In this document: piece by piece, positions 50,836 to 61,270 of the stretch
How the letters are laid out: each line of letters starts with the position of its first letter
How positions within the stretch are numbered: the stretch's first letter is position 1
NCBI GenBank assembly: GCA_963829055.1
Contig: CAWHHI010000005.1
Location: 256,001 to 320,000, forward strand
DNA length: 64,000 nt
Reading direction: 5' to 3'
Source of the DNA: an uncultured Gemmatimonadaceae bacterium
GTDB lineage: Bacteria; Gemmatimonadota; Gemmatimonadetes; Gemmatimonadales; Gemmatimonadaceae
Position numbers and translations under genes: made by a program
The notes under the pieces: generated by a model
What the model was told of the DNA's origin: nothing
The model's input: the letters and a program-made list of their open reading frames with translations, nothing else
Databases searched by the model: none

Positions 50836-51218
50836 TCGTGTGCTCCTGGGGAACCTCTGCGCAGGCTACCAGAGGCGGAGACAATCGCCGCGTGCCGCTC
50901 GATCGTTAGGCGTTAGGCGATCGATGGGCGCTCGTGTGCAGAGGATCCCTGAGTCTTGGGGTGAAGTTGAGAGCTCGCCCCGACCGTACGGTCGAGTCGA
51001 GTGCCTGTCAAGGAAGTGGCCCCAAGGGATGCCAGCTGAGCCGCTGACCCATTGACAAGTGTTCCTACCATCACACTCTTTGTCGCCTGGTCCCGGCCGA
51101 ATGGTGGGTGATCCCATGGCGATTGACCTGGAAGGATGTCGTGATGTGTGCGGGCCCGTCCTCCATTGGCGCCGCCTCTCGACTGTGCCTCTTCCCCCCC
51201 CCGAGAAAGGAGCCGCCT

Positions 51219-54200
51219 ATGTTCTCACGCGTACTTTCCTCTCGCTCGGTCCGCTCGATCGCCATCCTCTCGTCGGTTCTCTCGTCCCCGCTCTTCGCGC
51301 AGGCCGGGACCATTGTCGGGAAGGTGACCGATGCGGCCACGCAGCGGCCCCTCGCTGATGTTCGACTCTCGGTTGCCGGCACCCAACTCTCGACGGTGAC
51401 GAACGCGCAGGGCGACTACCGCTTCGTCAACCTGCGGCCGGGCCCGACGACGGTTACCGCGTCTCGCCTCGGCTACAAGGCGGCGGGGGACACAGTGCGC
51501 CTCGCCGTGGGCCAGACCGACACTCTCAATTTCCGGCTGACGGCGTCGCTCGTCACTCTCTCCGAGCTCGTCATCACAGGAACGGCCGGCAACCAGGAGC
51601 GCCGAGCGCAGTCCGCGCAGGTCGCCTCGCTCAGCGCCGCGCAGATCTTGAAGGAGGCGCCGGTGAGCAACGTCGGCGAGTTGCTCCAGTCGCGCATCCC
51701 CAGTGTCGCCGTGAACTCGAACTCGGGTGTTGTCGGCTCGGCCAAGACGATCCGCATTCGTGGTGCGTCGTCGATCAACCTCTCCAACCAGCCGCTGCTC
51801 TACATCGACGGCGTGCGGATCAACGAGGGGCACCTCGACGGGAACGTGCAGGGCCAGGCGTATGACCGGATGAACGATCTCAACCCCGATGAGATCGAGA
51901 GCATCGAAGTGGTGAAGGGGCCCGCGGCTGCCACCCTGTACGGCGCCGACGCTTCGGCCGGCGTGATCCAGATCATCACGAAGAAGGGACGTCCGGGCGC
52001 CAACCGGTTCGTGCAGAGCGTGCGCCTCGAGGCTGGCCGCACCGACCAGGATTACATGCCATACGACAACTATGGCAACTGCACGGAAGCGCTCGTCGCC
52101 CCCACGAGCACCAATCCTCTCTGCCGCGGGCAGGCGGTCGGCACGCTGGTCCACGACAACCCGCTCAAACGCGCTGACATCTTCCGCATCGGCAACGACT
52201 TCTCGTTAGGTTGGAACGCCACCGGCGGCGGCCAGAACTACGGGTACAACCTCACGTTCGGCAAGGAGAGTGTGAACGGCACCCTGCCGAACAGCGGCCT
52301 GGACAAGCTCAACGCCCGCGTGAACTTCAACTTCGTTCCCGATCCCCGCCTAACGATCGATGCCGGGATTGGGCTCGTGCGGAACATGACGCAGCTGCCC
52401 AACCTGGACAACTCCGTCACCGGCTGGATCGCCGGAGGGATGCTCGGCTCCCCCCTGACGCGCACTGACCGGCCCGAAAACAGCAACGATGGTTGGTTCG
52501 GCTACAACCGCCAGTACAACGCGATCCGATCGGTCGACAACCGGTTGCGCACGAACCGGTCGATGCCGAGCCTGACGGCGAACTATGGGCCGGTGTCCTG
52601 GTTCACCAACCGGTTTGTGCTGGGCGCCGACATCGCGACCGACCGTCAGGACGAGTACTACCCGAAGAACGACAGCTCGTGGTACACACCTGCGCTGCAG
52701 AACTCGGGTCAGGCGACCGAGGCGGCCCGCACCGCCGAACGGTACACGTTGGACTACCTCGGCAACATCCGCCGCACGTTTGGAAAGGGGGACCAGTGGG
52801 AGGGCAACCTCTCCTTCGGGCTGCAGGCGGTGGCTACCAAGAACACGACCACCAACTCGCAGGGTGTCGGGTTCGTGACGAACTCCAACAATACGATCAC
52901 GTCCGCGGCAACGACCACCGGGGGTAGTCAGTTCACCGAGCAGACGCAGTACGGCTACCTCAGCCAGTTGCAGGTGGGCCTCAACAACCGTGCGTTCCTC
53001 CAGGTCGCGGTGCGCGTCGACAAGAACTCTGCGTTCGGTGAGACGGCGCCGGCGTTCGTGCTCCCCAAGGTGGGCGCCACATGGACGCTCTCCGAGGAAC
53101 CGTTCTTCGAGGGCCTGACGAAATACGTGAATACGCTGCGAGTGCGCGGCTCGTGGGGCACGACGGGCCGTTCGCCGGCCCCCGGCGCGGCACTCTCCAC
53201 GCTCATCGCCGCGCCGTACAACATCACGGGCACGACCGTCGCCGGGGCCAACCCCGGCAACCCTGGCAACGCGGACTTGAGACCGGAGCGCGGCACCGAG
53301 TTCGAGGCCGGCTTCGACGCGAGCTTCTGGAAGGACCGGGTCACCGCTGAGCTCACGTACTTCGACAAGAAGACGACCGACCTGATCATCGCCAGGCCAA
53401 TCCCGCCGTCGCTGGGCTTCAACACCAATCCGCTGGCGAACATTGGCGAGGTGATCAACCGAGGCATGGAGGCGGCGCTGAACGTGACCGCGGTCCAGAC
53501 CACGAACTTCAGCTGGGACATCCGCGGCGGCCTCAACACGCTGCATAACGAGTTGACGGACCTGGGCGGCGTCGCGCCGTTCTCGCCCAGCACCAACGGC
53601 CGCACCCGCGCAATGAAGGGAGAGCAGATCGGCGTGTACGTGTCGAAGAAGATCCTGTCGATCGACGATGCTTCGGGCGTAGTCACTGTCAGCGATACGC
53701 TCACGCCGATCGGTAACCTGTACCCGACGCTCGAGTGGAACCTCACGAACGGCGTCACGCTGATGAAGAACTTCCGGATTACCGGGTCGTTCGACGCGAA
53801 GAAGGACTTCGTCGTCGACAACCTGCGGGATTGGTACACCGAGACGCTGCTCATTCACAGCCAGCGACGTCTCGATCCGAACTACTTGTCGCGCCACGAG
53901 CGACTGCGCCGCTACGGCAACGACGCGCCGGGCAAGCCGGCCTTCGTAACGCAGAAAGGTCTCTCGGCCACGACGAGCGACGTCTACGAGGCCTTCGTTC
54001 AGCCGGGTGATTTCGTTCGATTCCGCGAGCTCTCGGCAACCTTCACGTTTCCGCAGAAGCTCGTGCGCAACCTGGGCGCCAGAGTGCAAAACGTGTCAGT
54101 CGCCTTCGCGATGCAGAACATCAAGCTCTGGACCGACTACGAGGGCCCCGATCCGGAAGTCATCGCCCAGAACGGGACCTTCGATCGGCAGGATTTCTTC

Positions 54201-54251
54201 TCGCTGCCGCAACCGAAGCGGGCTCTCCTTCGGTTGAACTTCACCTTCTGA
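51219..54251 (+). CDS. SusC/RagA family TonB-dependent transporter
   Basis: AAGGAG RBS; IRIRGASS, PLLYIDGV, DLNPDEIESIEVVKGPAAATLYGADASAGVIQIITKKG, GNADLRPE, C-terminal F. Confidence 0.93.
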   Translation: MFSRVLSSRSVRSIAILSSVLSSPLFAQAGTIVGKVTDAATQRPLADVRLSVAGTQLSTVTNAQGDYRFVNLRPGPTTVTASRLGYKAAGDTVRLAVGQTDTLNFRLTASLVTLSELVITGTAGNQERRAQSAQVASLSAAQILKEAPVSNVGELLQSRIPSVAVNSNSGVVGSAKTIRIRGASSINLSNQPLLYIDGVRINEGHLDGNVQGQAYDRMNDLNPDEIESIEVVKGPAAATLYGADASAGVIQIITKKGRPGANRFVQSVRLEAGRTDQDYMPYDNYGNCTEALVAPTSTNPLCRGQAVGTLVHDNPLKRADIFRIGNDFSLGWNATGGGQNYGYNLTFGKESVNGTLPNSGLDKLNARVNFNFVPDPRLTIDAGIGLVRNMTQLPNLDNSVTGWIAGGMLGSPLTRTDRPENSNDGWFGYNRQYNAIRSVDNRLRTNRSMPSLTANYGPVSWFTNRFVLGADIATDRQDEYYPKNDSSWYTPALQNSGQATEAARTAERYTLDYLGNIRRTFGKGDQWEGNLSFGLQAVATKNTTTNSQGVGFVTNSNNTITSAATTTGGSQFTEQTQYGYLSQLQVGLNNRAFLQVAVRVDKNSAFGETAPAFVLPKVGATWTLSEEPFFEGLTKYVNTLRVRGSWGTTGRSPAPGAALSTLIAAPYNITGTTVAGANPGNPGNADLRPERGTEFEAGFDASFWKDRVTAELTYFDKKTTDLIIARPIPPSLGFNTNPLANIGEVINRGMEAALNVTAVQTTNFSWDIRGGLNTLHNELTDLGGVAPFSPSTNGRTRAMKGEQIGVYVSKKILSIDDASGVVTVSDTLTPIGNLYPTLEWNLTNGVTLMKNFRITGSFDAKKDFVVDNLRDWYTETLLIHSQRRLDPNYLSRHERLRRYGNDAPGKPAFVTQKGLSATTSDVYEAFVQPGDFVRFRELSATFTFPQKLVRNLGARVQNVSVAFAMQNIKLWTDYEGPDPEVIAQNGTFDRQDFFSLPQPKRALLRLNFTF

Positions 54252-54267
54252 CCCGCCGAGGACCGTC

Positions 54268-55515
54268 ATGCGAACCATCCGACGCGCGGTCTCGCGCACG
54301 CTGATCGCCACGGCCTTCGTCGTGGGCGCTTCCGCCTGTTCCGACAAATTTCTCGAAGTCGACAACCCTAACGTCATCGACGCCTCCACGGTCGATCCGA
54401 AGGAGGCTGCTGCCACTCTCGCCGCCTCCACGGAGCAGAACTTCAAAACGGCGGTTGGCACGTTCATTCAGTTCAGCTCGCACTTCACCGGCGAGACCTA
54501 CATCATGGAGACCAGCGGAGCCCAGAACGAGTTCGGCCGCCGCGAGGTGTCCGAGCTGAACGGCCAGGCGTTGATCCAGTGGCGAGAGATGTCTCTGGCC
54601 GCGGCATCGGGCAAGCTGCTGCTGGACCTCACGCTGCCCGAGCCGACGACCAACATCAACATCGCGCGCGGCGCGACGTTCCGAGCCTACGCGATACTCT
54701 TTCTGGCGACCGATTTCTGCAGCGGTGCGCTCTCGTCGGGGCCCGAGCTCAACACCAACCAGATGCTCGACACGGCGATCGTCTGGTTCACCAAGGCGAT
54801 CGACGTGGGCAAGGCGAACGGCACCGCGACCGCGGTGAGCCTCGCCAATGCGTCGCTCGTCGGACGCGCTCGCGCGAAGCTGCAGAAGGGCGACAAGACC
54901 GGCGCGCTGGCCGATGCGAGTGCGGTGCCGGCGGGCTTTACCTTCATGATGACGTATCAGGACGACCTGGCGAATCGAACGCGCCTGTCGAACGCGCTCT
55001 GGCGCGGTACGGTCGACCGCAGTGTGATCAGCGTCCCGCCGTACTATCAAACCACCGATCCGCGCGTGACGTGGCTCCCGCCGGGCAAGCACCCGTACAA
55101 CGCGTGGGACGCGGCTGCGGGTCCGTACTTCATCCAGCAGAAGTACCCGGGGTACGCCTCGTCGATCCGGCTCGCCTCGAAGCTCGAGGCCGAGTACATC
55201 GCCGCCGAAGCGTCGGGCGACGTCACGGCGCAGCTCGCGCTGATCAACCGGCAACGTGCTGCCGCCCAGCTTCCGGCGTACAGCGGTCCCCAGGATGCCA
55301 CGAGCGTGCTCACGGAACTGTTCAACCAGAAAGGCTTCGACTTCTGGCTCGAGGGGAAGCGGCTGGCCGACTTCCGCCGCCAGCCGGTCGCCGCCGCGCG
55401 CTACGTGCCGGTCGCCGGAACTCCGTACTGGAGGCCGAACCTCGGGAATATTGGGGCGCAGACCTGCTATCCGATGCCGTTCGCCGAGCGCGACAACAAC
55501 CCGAACATTCCGTAG
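54268..55515 (+). CDS. SusD/RagB family surface lipoprotein
   Basis: Lipobox ASAC-SDKFLEVDNP, FWLEGKRLADFRR, C-terminal ERDNNPNI; follows the SusC gene. Confidence 0.85.
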   Translation: MRTIRRAVSRTLIATAFVVGASACSDKFLEVDNPNVIDASTVDPKEAAATLAASTEQNFKTAVGTFIQFSSHFTGETYIMETSGAQNEFGRREVSELNGQALIQWREMSLAAASGKLLLDLTLPEPTTNINIARGATFRAYAILFLATDFCSGALSSGPELNTNQMLDTAIVWFTKAIDVGKANGTATAVSLANASLVGRARAKLQKGDKTGALADASAVPAGFTFMMTYQDDLANRTRLSNALWRGTVDRSVISVPPYYQTTDPRVTWLPPGKHPYNAWDAAAGPYFIQQKYPGYASSIRLASKLEAEYIAAEASGDVTAQLALINRQRAAAQLPAYSGPQDATSVLTELFNQKGFDFWLEGKRLADFRRQPVAAARYVPVAGTPYWRPNLGNIGAQTCYPMPFAERDNNPNIP

Positions 55516-55539
55516 TAACCCCGGCCACTTGGAGGCCCC

Positions 55540-57627
55540 GTGAACCACTCCCGAACGTCCTCGAGCGCGGCGTCCTGTCTCGTCCTTCTTTGCGCGGCGT
55601 CTGCACTCCCGGCGCAGCCGCAGCAGCCGCCGCTGTCGAACAAGATCGTGCTCGAGCAGTACCTAGACTGGGAGGAAGTCCAGGCTCCGCAGCTCTCGCC
55701 CGATGGGACCCAGATCCTGTTCACGCGCCGGTGGGTGGACAAGATGAATGACCGGTGGGAAACCAGCGTCTGGCAGATGAACGCCGACGGGTCTCATCCC
55801 CGGTTCCTGGTGCAGGGGTCTAACGTCCAATGGTCGCCCGATGGCAAGCGGATCGCCTACATCGCTAAAGGCGAGCCGACCGGATCGCAGATCTGGGTAC
55901 GGTGGATGGACGCCGAAGGCGCGGCGTCGCAGATCTCACACCTCACCGAAGCTCCGGCCGATCTCGAGTGGGCGCCCGATGGAAAGTCCATCGCGTTCAC
56001 GATGATGGTACCGGTGCCGCAGCAGGGGTTCAAGATCCCGATGCCCACGCCGCCGAAGGGCGCGAAGTGGATCGAGCCGCCGAAGATTGTCACGCAACTC
56101 ACCTTTCGAGCCGACCGGATCGGTTTCACCGACGAAGGATTCCGCCACATCTTCGTGATCCCGGCCGACGGGGGCATGCCACGGCAGATCACCAACGGCA
56201 ACTGGAGCCACAACTCGCCGAGCTTCTCGGCCGACGGCAAGTGGGTCGCGTTCTCTTCATACCGAGTCCCCGACGCGGAGCACGCGTTTGTCGGGCGCGG
56301 GCTCGAGACGGAGATCTATGTCGCGAGCACCGAGAATGGTGAGATCAAGCGGATCACGAACCATCCGGGCTCGGACGTCAATCCGACCTTCTCCCCGGAC
56401 GGTCGGTACATCGCTTTCATGTCCGCCGACTCGATCGACCATTCCGCGTGGCCTGACACGAAGCTCATGCTGATGAACGCCGACGGGTCCGGCCGTCGCG
56501 TGATCTCGGGCGCCCTCGACCGCCCGATGTCCGACGTACGCTGGGCCCACGATGCCAGCGGCGTTTATTTCAACGTCGCGAGTGAGGGCTCGCAGAACCT
56601 CTACTTCGCGTCGGTCGGCGGCCAGGTGCGGGCGGTGACTACCGGAACGCACATGCTCGCGGTCAGCGACATCAGCCGGAACGGCGTCGCCGTGGGCGTG
56701 CGCTCGACATCGCTCAAGCCTAACGACGTGGTGACGTTCACGATACCCAGGACGGGAACGGTGAGTACGTTCACGCAGGTCTCCGCCGTGAACGACGACG
56801 TGCTCGCCGGCAAGGCACTCGCGCAGACCGAGGAGGTGTGGTACACGTCGACGGACGGGCTCAAGATCCAGGGGTGGATTGTGAAGCCCGCTGATTTCGA
56901 CGCGCGGAAGAAGTACCCGCTCATTCTCGAGATCCATGGCGGGCCACAGTCGATGTTCAATGTTGGGTTCAACTACGCCCGCCAGCACCACGCGGCTAAC
57001 GGCTATGTGGTGTTGTACACGAACCCGCGCGGCAGCACCGGCTACGGCAACAAGTTCACGGACCTGATCAAGAACGCATACCCCGGCAAGGACTTCGATG
57101 ACCTGATGGCGGGCGTGGACACGGTGATCGGCCGCGGCTACATCGACACGAAGAACATGTTCGTCTACGGTTGCTCCGGCGGTGGTGTACTCACGGCGTG
57201 GGTGGTGGGCCACACGGACCGCTTCGCCGCAGCCGCTTCGCTCTGCCCGGTGATCAACTGGATAAGCTTTGTCGGCCAGACGGACGGGTCAGGCTGGTAT
57301 CAGACGTTCGACAAGCCGTTCTGGGAGGACCCGAGCGAGCACCTGCGCCGGTCGCCGATCATGTATGTGGGGCACGTGAAGACCCCGACGATCCTGATGA
57401 CGGGGATCCTCGACCTGCGCACGCCGATGCCTCAGTCCGAGGAGTTCTACCGCGCGCTCGCCCTTCGCGGCATCCCGACAGCGCTCATCCGATTCAACAA
57501 CGAGTACCACGGCACATCGAGCACGCCGTCGAACTATCTGCGCACGCAGCTCTATCTGCATAACTGGTTCGACAAGTACAGCACGAAGCCTGCGGCCCGC
57601 GCCACAACGTCGGGGGGCACGCCGTAG
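55540..57627 (+). CDS. S9 family peptidase (dipeptidyl/acylaminoacyl peptidase), exported
   Basis: SPDG propeller, IHGGP, NPRGSTGYG, GCSGGG nucleophile, DLRTP, EYHG. Confidence 0.93.
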   Translation: MNHSRTSSSAASCLVLLCAASALPAQPQQPPLSNKIVLEQYLDWEEVQAPQLSPDGTQILFTRRWVDKMNDRWETSVWQMNADGSHPRFLVQGSNVQWSPDGKRIAYIAKGEPTGSQIWVRWMDAEGAASQISHLTEAPADLEWAPDGKSIAFTMMVPVPQQGFKIPMPTPPKGAKWIEPPKIVTQLTFRADRIGFTDEGFRHIFVIPADGGMPRQITNGNWSHNSPSFSADGKWVAFSSYRVPDAEHAFVGRGLETEIYVASTENGEIKRITNHPGSDVNPTFSPDGRYIAFMSADSIDHSAWPDTKLMLMNADGSGRRVISGALDRPMSDVRWAHDASGVYFNVASEGSQNLYFASVGGQVRAVTTGTHMLAVSDISRNGVAVGVRSTSLKPNDVVTFTIPRTGTVSTFTQVSAVNDDVLAGKALAQTEEVWYTSTDGLKIQGWIVKPADFDARKKYPLILEIHGGPQSMFNVGFNYARQHHAANGYVVLYTNPRGSTGYGNKFTDLIKNAYPGKDFDDLMAGVDTVIGRGYIDTKNMFVYGCSGGGVLTAWVVGHTDRFAAAASLCPVINWISFVGQTDGSGWYQTFDKPFWEDPSEHLRRSPIMYVGHVKTPTILMTGILDLRTPMPQSEEFYRALALRGIPTALIRFNNEYHGTSSTPSNYLRTQLYLHNWFDKYSTKPAARATTSGGTP

Positions 57628-57868
57628 CACGGTAGCACGGGTACTCATGGCGAGATTCGAGCGCGGGCGTCTCGACGCGAAGCGGCTGCTGTCCGCCGTC
57701 GCCGAGCGCCCGCGTCTCACTAGTCGGCCGGCTTGGCTGGTTTCGCCGCCGCCGATCCATCGAAGTTGCGCGCGTTCTGCCTGGTGATCTCTCACCGGTT
57801 GGTTGAGTAGTGCTACGAGTGCCGGCTGGACACATGCACTGATCGAACATCCCCCACGCGCGAATTCA

Positions 57869-58115
57869 ATGACTCGGGCACTGCTGCTCCTGACGGCCGT
57901 GATGACCACGGCAAGCCTAACGACGTCACTCGGTGCTCAAGGTGACGACGTCATCCTCGTTCGTGGCGCGACGATCTACACCGCGACTGGTGCACCCATC
58001 AGCAAGGGCAGCGTCCTGATCCGAGCCGGCGACTAACGTGGCGCCGCCCGCAGGGGCCAGGATCGTCGAAGCAGCCGGTCATGGCTTAGAAGGGCGCGTC
58101 ACACACGTCCGTTGC
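57869..58115 (+). pseudogene. Truncated amidohydrolase remnant
   Basis: Signal peptide + ILVRGATIYTATGAPISKGSVLIRAG then a stop; next frame PAGARIVEAAG; no catalytic domain follows. Confidence 0.6.
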
Positions 58116-58228
58116 TCGAGCCAGCCTGGAACTCGCCTACGACCACGCCGGCGATGGGTAGTGCGAGCGACGGCGTCCTGCGAAGATTGGATCTACAAAA
58201 TGCGTCTGAACCGCGAGGAGGGACCAAC

Positions 58229-59903
58229 ATGCGCGCGCGATTCCTGAGCACGGCCGTGATCGCGTTAGGCCTGGCCGCTCGTCAGGCACCGACTCAACAG
58301 CCCGCACCGACGCGGCGACCCGTCGCCCAGCCGGCCAGTTCCGACACCGCAAGCCCAACGCGAAGCCCGCGATGACCCGCGCGTCGCACCGAAGCGCCGC
58401 GAGGGTGAAGGCCCGTTCCCGCGACTCATCATCAGGGGCACGACGCTGATCGACGGCACCGGCGCTCCACCCCGCGGGCCCGTCGACATCGTGATCGAGA
58501 ACAATCGCATCACGAACATCGCGAGCGTCGGGTACCCCGGCGTGCGGATCGACACAGCGGGACGCCCGCGCAATGCCACGCGCGAGATCGACGGGACAGG
58601 CATGTACGTGCTGCCCGGACTGGTGGACCTCCACGTCCATCAGGGCACCAAGCAGAAGGCGCCGGAGTCCGAGTACTACAACAAGCTCTGGCTCGCTCAC
58701 GGTATCACGTCGGTGCGCGGCGTGCCGTTCGCGAGCTATGCCTATTCCATTGGCGAGAAGCGGCGGAGCGAGACGAACGAGATCACCGCACCGCGCTACT
58801 GGGTGTACCAGCGACCCGGCACCGGATGGCCGAAAGGCCAGGTCCAGAATCCGGAACAGGCGCGGGAGTGGGTTCGCTGGCTCGCGCAGAACGGAGGCGA
58901 CGGCATCAAGCTCGGCGCCGAGAGACCCGACATCATGGCGGCGCTGCTCGACGAGGCGAAGAAACTCGGTCTGGGCAGCACCGCCCATCTGCAGCAGACC
59001 GGCGTCGCCCAGATGAACGCCGACGAGGCAACGCGACTCGGCCTCCAGACCGTGACGCACTTCTACGGGCTGTTCGAGAGCATGTACGAGAACAACTCCG
59101 TGCAGCCGTGGCCCGTCGACATGAACTACAACAACGAGCAGGACCGCTTCAGCCAGGTGGCTCGGCAATGGTCGCTCGTAAAGCCGGGCGGCGAGAAGTG
59201 GAACGCGCTGCTCAACAAGTTCAAGGAACGCGACGTCACACTCGACCCGACCATGGTCGCGTACCTGACGGGGCGTGACATGTTCCATCACATGAACGCG
59301 CCGTGGCATCAGAAATACACACTCCCCACGCTCTGGGCGTACTACCAGCCGAACCGTACGAATCACGGATCGTACTGGTACTATTGGACCACCTGGGATG
59401 AGGTGGCGTGGCGCAACTTCTACCGGGTGTGGATGCAGTTCCTGAACGACTACAAGAACATGGGCGGGCGCGTCACGGCGAGCTCGGACGCCGGCTTCAT
59501 CTACAACACGCCCGGATTCTCCACGATCCAGGAGATGGAACTGCTGCAGGAAGCGGGCTTTCACCCGCTCGAGGTCATTCGCGGCGCCACGCTCCACGCG
59601 GCCGAGACGCTGTTCAAGCCGAAGGGCCGCGAGGTCGAGCTGGGTGTCGTTAGGCGGGGCGCACTGGCCGACATCCTGATCGTCGATCAGAATCCGGTCG
59701 CGAACCTGAAGGTTCTCTATGGCATCGGGGCCCTCAAGCTCAACGACGAGACGGGGAAGCCGGAATGGGTGGGAGGCGTGAAATACACGATCAAGGACGG
59801 AATCGTCTACGACGCGAAGCAGCTGCTCGCCGACGTGGCCGCCATGGTCGACGAGCAGCGTAAGAAGACGCCCGCGACGAACGAAGAAAGCGCGAAGCGT
59901 TAG
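58229..59903 (+). CDS. Amidohydrolase family protein, exported, frameshift near 58360
   Basis: GAGGAGG RBS; PFPRLIIRGTTLIDGTG, LPGLVDLHVH, SSDAGFIY, ADILIVDQNPVANLK. Confidence 0.88.
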
Positions 59904-59908
59904 GGCCG

Positions 59909-61270
59909 GTGGATCGGCGTGCGTTCCTCAGGACGGGCGCTCTCACCCTCTCGAGCGCCGCGCTTGTCGCGTGCGGGCGCGATCTGCCGCTGGCGCCGCG
60001 AGGCCCGGACCGCGAAGGCCGGCGCCTCTTCTTCGCCAGCGGCATCGAGAACAGCTATCCGCTGCTCCCGAATGGGCGGCGCGTCGACGAGATGGAGAAG
60101 TGCGACCACTACCGCCGGTGGCGCGAGGACTTCGGCCTGGCGCGAGAGCTCGGCCTCGACGCGCTCCGGTATGGGCCGGCCTACTACCGAACCAATCCCG
60201 CGCCGGGGCGCTACGACTGGTCGAGCGTGGATGATCAGATGGCATGGCTGCGCTCATCCGGCATCACGGTGATCGCGGACCTCTGTCATTTCGGGGTACC
60301 CTCGTGGTTAGGCGGCTTCCAGGATGTCGCGTTCCCAGCGCAGTTCGCCGCGTACGCTCGCGAGTTCGCCCGACGCTATCCGTGGGTGCGCTACTACACG
60401 CCCATCAACGAGATCTACGTAGCAGCCACCTTCTCGGCCTGGTTCGGGTGGTGGAACGAGAGCCTAACGAGCGAGGGCGCGTTCGCGACCGCGCTGCGGA
60501 ACCTCTGCCTTGCCCACGAGCTCGCAGTGCTCGCGATTCTCGCGGAGCGGCCGGATGCGATCTTCGTGCAGGCCGAGTCGATCGAGCGCTACGAGCCGGC
60601 GGACGACAGCGCGGACGCGGCGCGTCAGGCAGCGTTCTGGAATGACGCGCGGTACGCCTCGCTCGACCTCACGCTCGGACGGCCGCCGTCACCCACCTCG
60701 ATCGATCTCCTTCGCCGAGGGGCGACGAGCGACAGCGACCTCGCGTTTTTCCGTGAGCGGCGTGCGATGGGACAGCGCTGGCTCGGTGTCGACTACTACG
60801 TGACGTGCGAGCAGGTCGTCTACGGCGACGGGAGGCGGGCGCCGGCGCCGCGGCGCACCGGGCTGGCCACGCTGGCGCGGGACTACCATCGTCGCTACGG
60901 GATCCCGCTCTTCGTGTCGGAGACCAACCGCGTCGACATGCTCGCCGTGGAATGGCTCGACGAGCAGTGGCGGGAGACACAGCTCCTGGATCGCGCGGGC
61001 GTCCCGGTGAACGGATTCACCTGGTATCCACTGACCGACGTGGTGGACTGGCGGCACGCGCTGCGCATCGAGCGGAATGACGTCGACCCGATCGGCCTCT
61101 GCGACCTCGGGCGCGCCGTGCGCCCGGTGGGAAGAGCCTACGCAGCGCTCATCGCGAGCGCCGAACCCGTGCTCGCTGTGCAACGCATTGACGATAGGAC
61201 CTCGCCTAACGCGAGCCGACTTGCGCCCGGCGGCACGGCGCCCGCCGCCGTCCCCTCTCGCTCCGGTTGA
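59909..61270 (+). CDS. Glycoside hydrolase family 1-like beta-glycosidase with Tat/lipoprotein signal
   Basis: MDRRAFL...LVAC; DHYRRWREDF, DLCHFG, TPINE (acid/base), VSETN (nucleophile). Confidence 0.8.
   Translation: MDRRAFLRTGALTLSSAALVACGRDLPLAPRGPDREGRRLFFASGIENSYPLLPNGRRVDEMEKCDHYRRWREDFGLARELGLDALRYGPAYYRTNPAPGRYDWSSVDDQMAWLRSSGITVIADLCHFGVPSWLGGFQDVAFPAQFAAYAREFARRYPWVRYYTPINEIYVAATFSAWFGWWNESLTSEGAFATALRNLCLAHELAVLAILAERPDAIFVQAESIERYEPADDSADAARQAAFWNDARYASLDLTLGRPPSPTSIDLLRRGATSDSDLAFFRERRAMGQRWLGVDYYVTCEQVVYGDGRRAPAPRRTGLATLARDYHRRYGIPLFVSETNRVDMLAVEWLDEQWRETQLLDRAGVPVNGFTWYPLTDVVDWRHALRIERNDVDPIGLCDLGRAVRPVGRAYAALIASAEPVLAVQRIDDRTSPNASRLAPGGTAPAAVPSRSG

Noticed and set aside
52350..54089. 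Long antisense ORFs (also 22028..23740, 58137..59597, 4464..5759)
   Set aside because: Shadow ORFs expected in high-GC DNA opposite well-supported genes; no motifs.
57624..57640. Small tandem duplications at gene ends (GTAGCACG x2; CAATCAGT x2 near 24981)
   Set aside because: Two-copy slippage duplications with no evident function.
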